In this document: positions 46,709 through 56,687 of the stretch, piece after piece
How the letters are laid out: every line of letters begins with the position of its first letter
Position numbering within the stretch: position 1 is the first letter of the stretch
Source of the DNA: an uncultured Candidatus Saccharibacteria bacterium
GTDB taxonomy: Bacteria > Patescibacteriota > Minisyncoccia > Phycocordibacterales > UBA12088
Direction: 5' to 3'
Length of the DNA: 64,000 bases
Assembly (NCBI GenBank): GCA_964567265.1
Contig: CAZMLK010000002.1
Coordinates: 66,996-130,995, forward strand
Position numbers and translations under genes: made by a program
Notes under the pieces: model-generated
What the model was told of the DNA's origin: nothing
Databases searched by the model: none
The model's input: the letters and a program-made list of their open reading frames with translations, nothing else

Positions 46709-46918
46709 TTTTGTCGGCGGTGTGCGACCGAGCATTTCGTCATTCAGTATAGCAACGATTCCCTATCGGACATGTCCTATAGGGAAAGATATATGTGGAT
46801 ACTGGATGAAGGCCTGAAATAAAAAAAGCCGCTTCATGAAGCGGAGAAAATGATGAATCCGGTTTTTCGAAATAGAAAAAGGGGTCGGCGCGAGCCGACC
46901 CCTCCTCATACTTCGCTG

Positions 46919-47452
46919 CTACTGAGTCAAGCAGTTTGCAGCCATCCATTGTGTTGACATCATCCCCTCTCGGCAGGCGGTTGCGATTTGGCCGGCCGAT
47001 GGGCCTGCGGTGCTCATTGCACCGGCATTTTGGAAGGTTCCCGAAGGTTTGCCCTCACGCCGATTGCGTTCCTGCTGGCAAAGGTAGGCATTTTGGGGAC
47101 CTTTCTGCTGGGCGATGTCCATCGCAATAAGTCCAGCAAAGGGGGCAGCCAGAATTGCTGCGGGTGCTGCAGCCGCAGCGCCGAGCACCATTCCAGCTGT
47201 CGCAATGCCGGCACCCGCACCAACGGTTTTCTTGTCGCTCTCATCCTGCTTAGCAATCTCGGCTTGATACTTCGCCTTTTCTGCCTCGGTGCCGCAGATA
47301 TCATAGAAGGTGGCGTCGTCCCACGCCTCACCATGGGTGACAGGGGCGAGCCCCGTTGCGGTACGGATTTGATTCGTCATTGCGCCGCAGTTTGCAAGCA
47401 ACAAGGTGAAGGCGATCACGGAGATCGCCCGCGCAATCGATAGGAATCGCAT
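46919..47452 (-). CDS. hypothetical lipoprotein with Gly/Ala-rich hydrophobic segment
   Basis: start at MRFLSIARAISVIAFTLLLANCG (lipobox). Confidence 0.45.
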   Translation of the reverse strand: MRFLSIARAISVIAFTLLLANCGAMTNQIRTATGLAPVTHGEAWDDATFYDICGTEAEKAKYQAEIAKQDESDKKTVGAGAGIATAGMVLGAAAAAPAAILAAPFAGLIAMDIAQQKGPQNAYLCQQERNRREGKPSGTFQNAGAMSTAGPSAGQIATACREGMMSTQWMAANCLTQ

Positions 47453-47631
47453 GGTAGCGATCTCCAGTGCTTGTTTCGGGACCATTCCCGAAACTGGTAA
47501 CCTAATTCAAGCATGCCACGGAATTTTGAGAGCCGCAAGTGGTGAATTGGATCGGGCAAATCTCTTAATAAAATATGGCTCCATAGAGCCATTTTTATAT
47601 GAAAAAAAAAGCCTCATGCTATACTTTTTGA

Positions 47632-48675
47632 ATGTTTCGACGCACCTTTGGCATCTTCTTTCTCCTGATCAGTATGCTGGCCTTCCCGGCAGGACTCGGG
47701 GCAGCGCCTATCCCAAATATCTCTAGGAACCTCGGCCAGGGTATGGAAGGTGATGATGTCCTTGGGCTTCAGCAATTCTTGAACCGTGACCCCCGGACAC
47801 GCATTGCAGAGATTGGAATTGGTGCTCCGGGTAAGGAAACGCGCTATTTTGGGGCAAAAACAAAGGAGGCGGTCCGGAAATTCCAAGAGTTGTACGCCTC
47901 GGACGTGCTCTATCCTGCAGGGCTGTATGCGGGCACCGGCTTCGTGGGAACGGGAACGAGAGCGAAAATCCAGGCTATCTCGAAGCTGGTGATCTTCGGT
48001 GAAGAAAATCCCGCGGTCCCTGCTTCTCTCGGGGAACAGCCTGCAGCACCTTCTTTGGGAGGGGCGATGCTCTCGTCTGGAGGCTATGAGAAAGGGTTGG
48101 CAACATGGAAAGTGCCTATTCTTATCTTTCCTTCAAAATACGTGATAACGCCCGGAGAAATGCTCACGATCTCGGGAGGAGGGTATCTTAAGGACAACGT
48201 CGTCAAATTTGGCGAAAAATATAGCCTTCCAGGCCCTTCGACGAATGGAGTTACTATAAAAGTGCGGATTCCTGACAACGCACCGCTTGGGAAATACAAA
48301 TTGTCAGTAAAGAATGATCACGGAGAAACTGAATTTGATGTTCCCCTAGTCATCAAGGATGCGAGTACGCCCTCGCCGACAATTACGCGCATCACTCCGT
48401 CTTCAGGAAAATACGGGACCGAGATTATACTGGAAGGAACCGGATTTATGCCGACGGGGAACGACATTCGCGCTGCAGGATGGGCGATTCTCAAGGATCT
48501 CCCCTCCCCCGATGGGAAAACGCTCCGGTTGACTGTGCTTCCGTTCCCGGACGCGCTCGGCCCTGACAACCATGCACCTACCACGACGGTACCGTTCAAT
48601 TGGAACATGCGATTCTTTGTAGTGAATGCAAACGGTATCACCGAAACCCCGGGCACGTTCCTCTTTTCTCGATGA
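47632..48675 (+). CDS. secreted protein with peptidoglycan-binding (PG_binding_1-like) domain and Ig-like repeats
   Basis: signal peptide; GDDVLGLQQFLNRDP...KTKEAVRKFQELY matches PG-binding helical domain. Confidence 0.55.
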   Translation: MFRRTFGIFFLLISMLAFPAGLGAAPIPNISRNLGQGMEGDDVLGLQQFLNRDPRTRIAEIGIGAPGKETRYFGAKTKEAVRKFQELYASDVLYPAGLYAGTGFVGTGTRAKIQAISKLVIFGEENPAVPASLGEQPAAPSLGGAMLSSGGYEKGLATWKVPILIFPSKYVITPGEMLTISGGGYLKDNVVKFGEKYSLPGPSTNGVTIKVRIPDNAPLGKYKLSVKNDHGETEFDVPLVIKDASTPSPTITRITPSSGKYGTEIILEGTGFMPTGNDIRAAGWAILKDLPSPDGKTLRLTVLPFPDALGPDNHAPTTTVPFNWNMRFFVVNANGITETPGTFLFSR

Positions 48676-49082
48676 ACATCTTCACAAAAATCAAAACAGC
48701 AGTCGGCGTAACACTTTTCGTGTTCTTCTGCATGTTCTCAGCCGCACTCTTCAAGCAAGGGACTCATACGGTATTCGCCCAGTTGGTCGGGCTTCCATAC
48801 GGCGGATTCGCGGTCTGGACCTTCGTGTGCCCCTGCTCGCCGGAAATCACCCTTATCACCTTCGCACCTGGGTTTATCGGCGAGATTCCTGATGTGTTCC
48901 AGGTGACCTATTACACAGGCTCGCAGATTTTTGCATACTGGACGACCGGATTTCCTGGGGTATGGTCGCTTGGAGGCGCCGAGTTTCCGCAGCAATGCTG
49001 GGTTGAGTCTCCGGTGAGTGGCTGCAATACGGTCGGCTTTCCGATCATCCACATCCTTCCGTATAGTGGAAGTTCACTCTAG
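48672..49082 (+). CDS. hypothetical small secreted/membrane protein
   Basis: start MNIFTKIKTAVGVTLFVFFCMF overlapping previous stop (ATGA); Cys-rich. Confidence 0.4.
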   Translation: MNIFTKIKTAVGVTLFVFFCMFSAALFKQGTHTVFAQLVGLPYGGFAVWTFVCPCSPEITLITFAPGFIGEIPDVFQVTYYTGSQIFAYWTTGFPGVWSLGGAEFPQQCWVESPVSGCNTVGFPIIHILPYSGSSL

Positions 49083-49922
49083 GTTCACCTCCCCTCGAAG
49101 GTTCCTAAGAAGTACAAACCACGTCTCAAGCGAAACGTCTTCCGCACGAACGTTCGGCAATAGCCCTGCCTCAGCAAAAGCTGCTTCGACATTTTCCTTT
49201 CCAAATCTCTCAAGATTGCGGAGCAGGACCTTACGTTTCTGCGCGAATCCCGCTTTCAAAACCTCAAAGAAACGCCGCTCGCTCTCCGTATCGAGAAAAC
49301 GACTCCTCGAAATGTTCTCTATAGCAAGAATTGCGGAATCAACGCTGGGCGGCGGCGAAAAACTCCCAGCTTTCACTGTCGAGACATACCGTGGCGTTCC
49401 ATAGGCCTTCACTGAGAGGGACAGCAGACTCTCCTTTCTTGAGCGAGTGATGCGTTCTGCGACTTCCTTCTGTATGAGAAAAACGATGCAGCTTGGCTGC
49501 ACTTCTCCTGACAGCATCAGGCGGAAGAGAAGTCCGGTCAGGTAGTACGGGATATTAGCGACAACTTTGAATCCCCTCGTTTGGAGTCCAAGTGTCGCAG
49601 GCAAATGTTCTTGGATATCCCCTGCAATCAGGCGAAGCTGGCCCGCATCAAGCTCCAAGCGGAACATTTCTTCAAGCACGGGAATCAGATCACGGTCCAT
49701 TTCAACCGCTATGACACGGCAACCTTTTGCGAGGAGCGCTTTCGTGAGAACGCCCCTTCCGGGGCCAATCTCGAGCACGGTGTCCCCGGGGCCGAGGGCA
49801 GCGGCGGTGACAATATGTTCAATTGCGGGAGCAGAGGTCAGGAAATGCTGACCAAGGCTTTTTTTTGCTGAGAGCGGATATCCCACTGCGGTGGAAAGGT
49901 TCCGTGTGGCCCGTCTTTTCAT
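49074..49922 (-). CDS. rsmA: 16S rRNA (adenine1518/1519-N6)-dimethyltransferase
   Basis: LGQHFL motif, SAM-binding LEIGPGRGVLT. Confidence 0.85.
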   Translation of the reverse strand: MKRRATRNLSTAVGYPLSAKKSLGQHFLTSAPAIEHIVTAAALGPGDTVLEIGPGRGVLTKALLAKGCRVIAVEMDRDLIPVLEEMFRLELDAGQLRLIAGDIQEHLPATLGLQTRGFKVVANIPYYLTGLLFRLMLSGEVQPSCIVFLIQKEVAERITRSRKESLLSLSVKAYGTPRYVSTVKAGSFSPPPSVDSAILAIENISRSRFLDTESERRFFEVLKAGFAQKRKVLLRNLERFGKENVEAAFAEAGLLPNVRAEDVSLETWFVLLRNLRGEVNLE

Positions 49923-49929
49923 ACCTTTC

Positions 49930-51876
49930 TTAATCCAAGTAGATTACGCGGCCAGTCCCCTCTCTTCGAGGCTCGTCTTCGGTGAATGCTTCATCAATAT
50001 CAGTTATGAATTCCGACGGCACATTCACTTGGCGGGATCCGAAAATGGTTCGGACAGAGGCATAGGTGAGGTACAGCTTCGTTTTTGCACGAGTGATTGC
50101 AACGTAGAAGAGGCGCCGCTCTTCCTCGTCATCCACATCCTCGCCCAGGCGCTCGTGCGGGAAGAGCCCATCCTCAAGGCCGGTCACGAACACATGGGAG
50201 AATTCGAGACCTTTCGCTGCATGGACGGTCATGAGTGCGACCGCATTCCCCTCATCTCGGAGCTCATCCTGCGCGGCAGAGAGCGCGGCGTCCTCGAGGA
50301 ATTGCTCAACTGCTTCACCCGGAGGGAGCATGTCGTAGCGCGTCGCCAACGTCACGAGTTCCTTCGCGTTTTCGAGGCGCTCTTTCTCCTCCTCAGTTCC
50401 TTTTCGGTATGCCTGCTCCATGCCGCTTTCGCGAAGGACGAAGCGTATGATCTCCGACGGGATGAAATGATCAACAGCGTCTCGAATACGCTCCAAGAGG
50501 GCCTTGAACTCAGCAATCTTCTTCCGGCCGCCGGCAGCCACGGTATCTTCCTTTCCTTCGATCATCGCAAGGAGAGTGACCTTTCCGATGCCTCGTGGCG
50601 GCACGTTGGCAACCCGGCTAATATCGCCCGCATTCCCGAGTGTGGCAGCGCGGATGAACGAAAGAATGTCTTTCACCTCCTTTCGTTCGAAGAATCGGGT
50701 ACCGATGACGCGGTACGGGACATTTTCGGCAAGGAATGCCTCTTCGAGAGCGCGGGATTGGAAGTTCGCGCGATAGAGTACTGCCATGTCGCGTGGCGCA
50801 GTCCCGTCCGCGATCAGCTCTCGCGCCTTCTTTGCGACGAACTGGGCCTCGTCGCTCTCATCGTAGGCTGAAAAGATTGAGATTTTGTCTCCCTCCGCGT
50901 TCTCGGTAAAGACATTCTTGTCCTTCCGGCGGATATTCTTCTTGATGATATCGTTCGATGCTGCAACGATGGTCTGTGTCGAGCGGTAATTCTGCTCGAG
51001 GAATATGACGGCAGCGTCCGGATACTCCTGCTCGAAAGCGAGGATATTGCCGATATCGGCTCCGCGCCAGCTGTAAATCGATTGATCCGCATCGCCGACC
51101 ACACACAGGTTCCGGTGCTTCTCGACCAGAAGCCGCGCGAAATCATACTGGACCTTGTTGGTGTCCTGGTATTCATCCACGTGAACATACCGATACCGAT
51201 CTTGATAGCGCTTCCGCACCTCTTCGTTCCGGGTCAGAAGCGTGACAGCAGAGAGGAGAAGATCGTCAAAGTCGAGCGCACCTTCCTTTTTCAGGGTCGC
51301 ATCATAGCGTTCCCAGATATCTCTGAGGACCCGTGTAAAGAAATCGTTTGGAGCGGTCTCTTTGTAGGCGGCAAGGGTAAGTCCGTTTCCCTTCTGCTTT
51401 GAGATAGAGCCCAGAATCTTGCGCGGCTCGAACCGCTTCGGATCATAGCCGCCTGCGATGAGAGCCTCCTTTATGGCGCGTACGGAATCATTCCGGTCGT
51501 AGATGGCGAACCGGCGCGTCAGCCCGAGCAATTCGGCATTCTCCTTGATGATGCGGACCCCGAGGCTATGGAAGGTCGTTAGCATCGGGACGGCGTCGTG
51601 TCGGAGTCCCAGGTCACTTTCTATGAGCTTCCGGACGCGCTCACGCATCTCGCCCGCAGCCTTGTTGGTGAAGGTAACCCCAAGTATATTTTCCGGAGCG
51701 ATACCTTTTCGGATCAGGTGGAATACGCGGTGCGTGACCGTCTTTGTCTTGCCTGCCCCTGCCCCCGCGATAATAAGAAGCGGTCCGTCCGTTTTCTCCA
51801 CGGCGGCACGCTGGGACGGATTCAGTTCCTCAAGATAGTTCATGTCAGAGAGACTATAGCACGTCCGGATTTTCAC
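49930..51876 (-). CDS. ATP-dependent DNA helicase UvrD/PcrA family
   Basis: LNPSQRAAVE..., Walker A AGAGAGKTKTV, helicase motifs through VTRAKTKLYLTY. Confidence 0.9.
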   Translation of the reverse strand: MKIRTCYSLSDMNYLEELNPSQRAAVEKTDGPLLIIAGAGAGKTKTVTHRVFHLIRKGIAPENILGVTFTNKAAGEMRERVRKLIESDLGLRHDAVPMLTTFHSLGVRIIKENAELLGLTRRFAIYDRNDSVRAIKEALIAGGYDPKRFEPRKILGSISKQKGNGLTLAAYKETAPNDFFTRVLRDIWERYDATLKKEGALDFDDLLLSAVTLLTRNEEVRKRYQDRYRYVHVDEYQDTNKVQYDFARLLVEKHRNLCVVGDADQSIYSWRGADIGNILAFEQEYPDAAVIFLEQNYRSTQTIVAASNDIIKKNIRRKDKNVFTENAEGDKISIFSAYDESDEAQFVAKKARELIADGTAPRDMAVLYRANFQSRALEEAFLAENVPYRVIGTRFFERKEVKDILSFIRAATLGNAGDISRVANVPPRGIGKVTLLAMIEGKEDTVAAGGRKKIAEFKALLERIRDAVDHFIPSEIIRFVLRESGMEQAYRKGTEEEKERLENAKELVTLATRYDMLPPGEAVEQFLEDAALSAAQDELRDEGNAVALMTVHAAKGLEFSHVFVTGLEDGLFPHERLGEDVDDEEERRLFYVAITRAKTKLYLTYASVRTIFGSRQVNVPSEFITDIDEAFTEDEPRREGTGRVIYLD

Positions 51877-52230
51877 TCATCGTGGCGTTTTGATGGACGG
51901 AAATTTTTTAACCGAACCCCGGGGTGGCCACGAGAGTGAGCTCCAGAATCAGAGAACTTTTTACACCACTTACTTGACACCTTAGCAAGTTTTTTCGGCT
52001 ATCCCCATGCCCCACTTGTGGCGATTGACTTCCCTCCCGCCTTCGGTATAGTGGATAGTATCCCTGCATGACAGAATGATTTTATGGCTATATGAAGCCA
52101 TATTTTTCCCGGAACGACCGAGCAACTGCATAACATTCGGCTTATAAAATCTCTCCACGAGGACCCGAGCCCCACAAGCTTCAGACGGTGGGCGTCGGCG
52201 ATAGAAAAGCGTGCAATTCTCTCTTTCGGA

Positions 52231-53229
52231 GTGCTCTTCACGCTTTCTCCATTCATGGTGCAAGCAAGCCCGCTAACCGCGATAACTAGCGGTTTTTTTA
52301 GTTTTTTCAGCTCTGATCACGCCCTTGCGAGCACCCCTTTGTCCATGGCGTACAACTCCCAGAACGTCCCCCTTCTCCGTGCAGCATCCCACTTTGATCC
52401 GAACCCTTCAAAGGGCGGCGGGGAGATCATGATCGAGGATGATTCAGCCTTGGTCCCAGAATCAGGACCTTCGGGTACGCTCGCAGACATCCAGGAAGCA
52501 CCCCGCTCTGGCGAAATCAGCCTTTATATCGTCCGCGACGGAGATTCTCTCTCTGGAATCGCCAAAATGTTTGACGTCTCGGTCAATACCGTCCTTTGGG
52601 CAAATAATTTAAAGAAAGGCGCTTTTATAAAGGAGGGTGACCAGTTGGTCATCCTTCCAGTCACGGGAGTTCGCTATACCGTCCAAAAGGGCGATACGCT
52701 TGCAAGCCTTGCGACTAAGTATCACGGAGACGCTGATGAGATTGCGCAGTATAACGGCCTGACGGCGGGCGCGAGCCTGACGACAGGCGATACGCTTCTT
52801 ATCCCGGGCGGAGAATTGCCCGCACCGAAGATTACATCTATCCAGGTGAAGACGCGCGTTGTTGGTGCGGCAGGTCCTGAATACTCAGGATATTACGTAA
52901 ATCCGCTCCCAGGTGGCATAAAGACGCAGAGTCTCCATGGCTATAACGCGGTTGATATCGGGGCACCACGTGGTACACCGATTCGCGCTGCGGCAGGCGG
53001 GCCGGTCATCGTGAGTCGCGAAGGCGGTTGGAACGGCGGCTATGGAAATTACGTCGTCATCAAGCATGAGAACGGCACGCAAACGCTCTACGCGCACATG
53101 ACCAGCACTATCGTAGGCGTCGGGCAGTCGGTGGTACAGGGCCAGATTATTGGCTACGTCGGCACGACTGGCCGCGCAACGGGGCCACATCTCCACTTTG
53201 AGGTCCGCGGCGCGAAGAATCCTTTCTAA
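52231..53229 (+). CDS. LysM-domain M23 metallopeptidase (peptidoglycan hydrolase)
   Basis: two LysM repeats (YIVRDGDSLSGIAKMF..., YTVQKGDTLASLATKY...) and M23 motifs HGYNAVDI, GPHLHFEV; true start possibly downstream of 52231. Confidence 0.8.
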   Translation: MLFTLSPFMVQASPLTAITSGFFSFFSSDHALASTPLSMAYNSQNVPLLRAASHFDPNPSKGGGEIMIEDDSALVPESGPSGTLADIQEAPRSGEISLYIVRDGDSLSGIAKMFDVSVNTVLWANNLKKGAFIKEGDQLVILPVTGVRYTVQKGDTLASLATKYHGDADEIAQYNGLTAGASLTTGDTLLIPGGELPAPKITSIQVKTRVVGAAGPEYSGYYVNPLPGGIKTQSLHGYNAVDIGAPRGTPIRAAAGGPVIVSREGGWNGGYGNYVVIKHENGTQTLYAHMTSTIVGVGQSVVQGQIIGYVGTTGRATGPHLHFEVRGAKNPF

Positions 53230-53234
53230 CGAAC

Positions 53235-54755
53235 CTAGTCGAATAGCTGTTTTGGCCGATATTGGAGTGCCTCGAGGACATGACCTTCCTCTAGGCACTC
53301 ATTTTGTTCAAGATCGGCAATGGTCCTGGCGAGTTTAAGTATGCGGTGATAGGAGCGAGGTGAGAGCGAGAGACGCTTGGCGGAATCCCTGAGGAGCTGC
53401 CCGGCGCTGTCCGGAATTGTGATCATTGTTTCGATGTCCTTCACTGTCATGTCGCTGTTTGTTTTTGATGCTGAGCCGAATCGGTCAATTTGGAGTCGAC
53501 GGGCCGCCTGGACCCGCTCTCGCATGCGCGCTGATTCTCCCGGAAGGCTGGCCCCTGTTAACTGCTCGTGTGCAACGCGGGGTACCTCGATCCACATATC
53601 GATGCGGTCAACGATCGGTCCCGAAATCTTCTTTCGAAATCGCTCGCGTTCCCTGAGCGCCTCCGCACCGCTTTCGCCATGCCCCCTCGTTGGGTTCATT
53701 GCGGCGATTAATATGAAGTTTGCCGGGAACGAAACCGTTCCTTTTGCACGAGACACCGACACAACGCCCTCCTCAAGCGGTTCCCGGAGGGCATCAATGG
53801 CACGCCGATCAAATTCTGGAAACTCATCGCAAAAGAGGACCCCTCGGTGGGCGAGGGTCGCTTCCCCAGGGCGCGGCGTCGCGCCACCTCCAACGAGCGA
53901 AACGTAGGACGCCGTGTGGTGGGGAGATCGAAACGGCGGGTGAGTAATGAGGGTATGTTCAAGCGCTCCCGCAATCGAGTGGATGGCCGTCACCTCGAGG
54001 GCCTCATCTATGGAAAGCGGCGGCAGGATGTGCGTGAATGCGCGAGCAAGCATCGTTTTTCCTGTTCCAGGCGGTCCGTAAAGTGCGATATTGTGCCGTC
54101 CGGCTGCAGCAATCTCAAGCCCACGCTTCGCGCTTTCTTGTCCGCGAATGTCGGCAAAATCGGATCCATCGGCTATCGGCGTTGCAAGAAATGGCGTTTC
54201 TGGCTCTGAAACAAGACGACTCCGCTTCTCTGGGGGCAATTTTTCATCAATGTGTGCGAGTACTTGGCGGAGCGACTCTACCCCATACACCTCGATTCCT
54301 GGGATCAATGCTGCTTCTGCCGCATTTTTCCGAGGGACGAACAGCGATCGGAAGCCGGCATTTTTTGCCGCTTTCGCGATAGCAAGCGCTCCCCGGACGG
54401 GACGAACCTCGCCGTCGAGCGAGAGTTCTCCGATGAAGAGCTTCCGTTCCGGGTCAAACGCGATATCGCCGCTTGCGATCAGGTATGCGAGCGCGATCGG
54501 AAGGTCAAATGCGGGCCCCTCCTTCCTGATGTCGGCGGGCGCGAGCGATATCACAACCTTCCGATTCTGGCTTTTCGGCGAAGGAAAATCAGAATTCTTG
54601 ATGGCTGCGGAGACTCGGTCGCGAGACTCCTCGACCGCTTTATCCGGTAGGCCGACTACCGTAAACGAATGCAGACCCCGAGAGAGGTCTGCTTCCACGG
54701 TTATAAGTTCGGCTGAAAGGTACACCGGCTGCGCGCTGTATACTTTCGCGAACAT
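53235..54755 (-). CDS. comM: Mg-chelatase-like AAA+ protein ComM/YifB
   Basis: Lon-like N-domain, Walker A LYGPPGTGKTMLA, C-terminal ChlI domain. Confidence 0.85.
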   Translation of the reverse strand: MFAKVYSAQPVYLSAELITVEADLSRGLHSFTVVGLPDKAVEESRDRVSAAIKNSDFPSPKSQNRKVVISLAPADIRKEGPAFDLPIALAYLIASGDIAFDPERKLFIGELSLDGEVRPVRGALAIAKAAKNAGFRSLFVPRKNAAEAALIPGIEVYGVESLRQVLAHIDEKLPPEKRSRLVSEPETPFLATPIADGSDFADIRGQESAKRGLEIAAAGRHNIALYGPPGTGKTMLARAFTHILPPLSIDEALEVTAIHSIAGALEHTLITHPPFRSPHHTASYVSLVGGGATPRPGEATLAHRGVLFCDEFPEFDRRAIDALREPLEEGVVSVSRAKGTVSFPANFILIAAMNPTRGHGESGAEALRERERFRKKISGPIVDRIDMWIEVPRVAHEQLTGASLPGESARMRERVQAARRLQIDRFGSASKTNSDMTVKDIETMITIPDSAGQLLRDSAKRLSLSPRSYHRILKLARTIADLEQNECLEEGHVLEALQYRPKQLFD

Positions 54756-54764
54756 TGGGATGTC

Positions 54765-55142
54765 TTATCGAGGAAGGGTGTCCTCCTCAGCGATGTGTTC
54801 CATGCAGGTGCGCGCAGTCGGGTCTGCATGGAGGCGTTCTGGCTCGATCGCCTCGCCTCCAACTTCACAGACCCCATACGTGCCCGCTTCAATTTTCCCG
54901 AGCGCACGCCGTACATCGAGCAACCTGGCCTCGAGTTCATGCAGTATCGCGGTATTACCTCCATATTCCTCGAGCGCATCCGCGGCCACATTGGGGTCCG
55001 CGTCATTGCCTGCGAAATCCCCAACAGGCGACGCTTCCCAGTCTGCAGGATTCTGAGGATTTGGCTGTCCGAGTGACCGGAGCTGCTCTTCAAGGGTTTT
55101 CAATTCCTGATCCAATCGTGTCTTGTATTCTTGCGTGTGCAT
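54765..55142 (-). CDS. DksA/TraR-family C4 zinc-finger protein
   Basis: coiled-coil N-half and C-terminal CxxG...C finger GVCEVGGEAIEPERLHADPTARTC. Confidence 0.7.
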   Translation of the reverse strand: MHTQEYKTRLDQELKTLEEQLRSLGQPNPQNPADWEASPVGDFAGNDADPNVAADALEEYGGNTAILHELEARLLDVRRALGKIEAGTYGVCEVGGEAIEPERLHADPTARTCMEHIAEEDTLPR

Positions 55143-55184
55143 ACCGATATGATACCGAGAAGGAAATGCTCCCGCAAGCCGCTG

Positions 55185-56687
55185 TTAGATGCGGATCGAC
55201 TGCATCCGGGTCACGATCTCAGTAAACGTGTACTCGTTTGTAGTGATGATTATGGTGTTCTTGTCCGGGAATCCGTAGATGAGAGCGATTGATCCGTCGT
55301 CTCGGAGAAGTGCTCGCGCCTCCTTGTTCTTGATGACGACATCGACGAATGGACGCGCCTTAAAATCTTCTGTGGTGGCACCGGTAACCTCGATAATGGT
55401 CGTGGTCGGCGTACTCGTCGGAGTTGCCTGGGTGGTAGTTGCGATAAGGGCGGGCGGGGCGGGAGCAGGTTTCAGTTCGCGGACACCAAGGGGTACGAAG
55501 ACATCCGCCGCGAGCGTTCGCTCCCACTCGAGCATGCCCGCAAAACCACGCTCGTAATCTGCCGTCTTGAAGATAAGGAAATACTGGTTGCCATTGAATG
55601 CATGGAGGCCAAGCATCATCTCCGGATCCAGGACTCGTGAGATGAGGGGAGGCGGCACGATATCAAGTGCCTTCAAGAAATCCTGCGATGTTGCATAGAC
55701 CGTCTTGAAATTTCCATCTGCACCCACGCTCTGTTTTGTCGGGTAGAGCTGGAGGATCGAACCCAATCTCAGATTCTCAGTCAAGCGCTTCTGGTCCAGG
55801 GATACCACCAGTGAGCGTGGGGTCGTCTTCGTGATATTTATTGCTTCTTGTGATTCAGAAAATACGAGCTTCGGCACTTCCTGTATTTGGACGGTACCAA
55901 TTTCCTGCTGCCGGAACAGGAATGCGTACGCAAGAATGCCAATACCAAGGATTGCAATCAGCGCCGCGCCGCCGATTGCCACATAGCGCCCCCAGGAAAC
56001 TGTGGGAAGCGGCTGCTTCTGCGTTGTTGCCTCTATTTTCTTTGCACGCCGATCTGCCTCCGCTGCGACCACACTCACAAATGAGGTCTTCCGCTTTTCA
56101 ATGACGCTCGATATGTCATCTTTGAACGTGCGAAGCGGACGCACCAAGGAACTCTTATCAGAGCTCTGTTTCCGCAACTCCTCCATGAGTTCGGGGTTCT
56201 TGCCTGACTTTGCCTCATTGACGCCAAGCACCTTAGGGGCCGACGGTTTTGGCACGACTTTTTCTTCGCTCAGAATGCTCTTTCCTCCGCCGCTCTGGAG
56301 TGACCCCGAGAGTGAGTCGAGGGCAGTCTTCTGCGCCGGAGGCTTTGCCGTTGGAGGTACCGAACTCGCTGGCTTGGCGGGTGCCTCGCTGGCGCTCACG
56401 GCATCCTCCAAGGCCTTTGCTGCAGCGGATGTTGCTTGTTCTTCGTCGGTCGGCGCTTCCGCGGCAGCGATCGCTTTGGGTGAAAATGTTTTAGGCAATG
56501 CTTCCAGTTCCTTTTCGAGTCCGACCAGTGGATTGTTTCCCGGCTGCGGAGGCTGAACAGGAATGGCGCTTGTTGCTGGTTTCTGAGGCGTCGCCGTGTC
56601 TGGCAGTCCTGCATCCGGGTGCAGCGGAGAATTGCCGCCGAGGGAGGAGGAATCAGGCGTGGCTCCGGTTGTTTGGTCGTTCACCAT
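55185..56687 (-). CDS. hypothetical bitopic membrane protein with Pro/Ala-rich disordered N-terminus
   Basis: 500 aa; single TM at ~aa 240; overlaps pnp 3' end by 35 nt. Confidence 0.45.
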   Translation of the reverse strand: MVNDQTTGATPDSSSLGGNSPLHPDAGLPDTATPQKPATSAIPVQPPQPGNNPLVGLEKELEALPKTFSPKAIAAAEAPTDEEQATSAAAKALEDAVSASEAPAKPASSVPPTAKPPAQKTALDSLSGSLQSGGGKSILSEEKVVPKPSAPKVLGVNEAKSGKNPELMEELRKQSSDKSSLVRPLRTFKDDISSVIEKRKTSFVSVVAAEADRRAKKIEATTQKQPLPTVSWGRYVAIGGAALIAILGIGILAYAFLFRQQEIGTVQIQEVPKLVFSESQEAINITKTTPRSLVVSLDQKRLTENLRLGSILQLYPTKQSVGADGNFKTVYATSQDFLKALDIVPPPLISRVLDPEMMLGLHAFNGNQYFLIFKTADYERGFAGMLEWERTLAADVFVPLGVRELKPAPAPPALIATTTQATPTSTPTTTIIEVTGATTEDFKARPFVDVVIKNKEARALLRDDGSIALIYGFPDKNTIIITTNEYTFTEIVTRMQSIRI

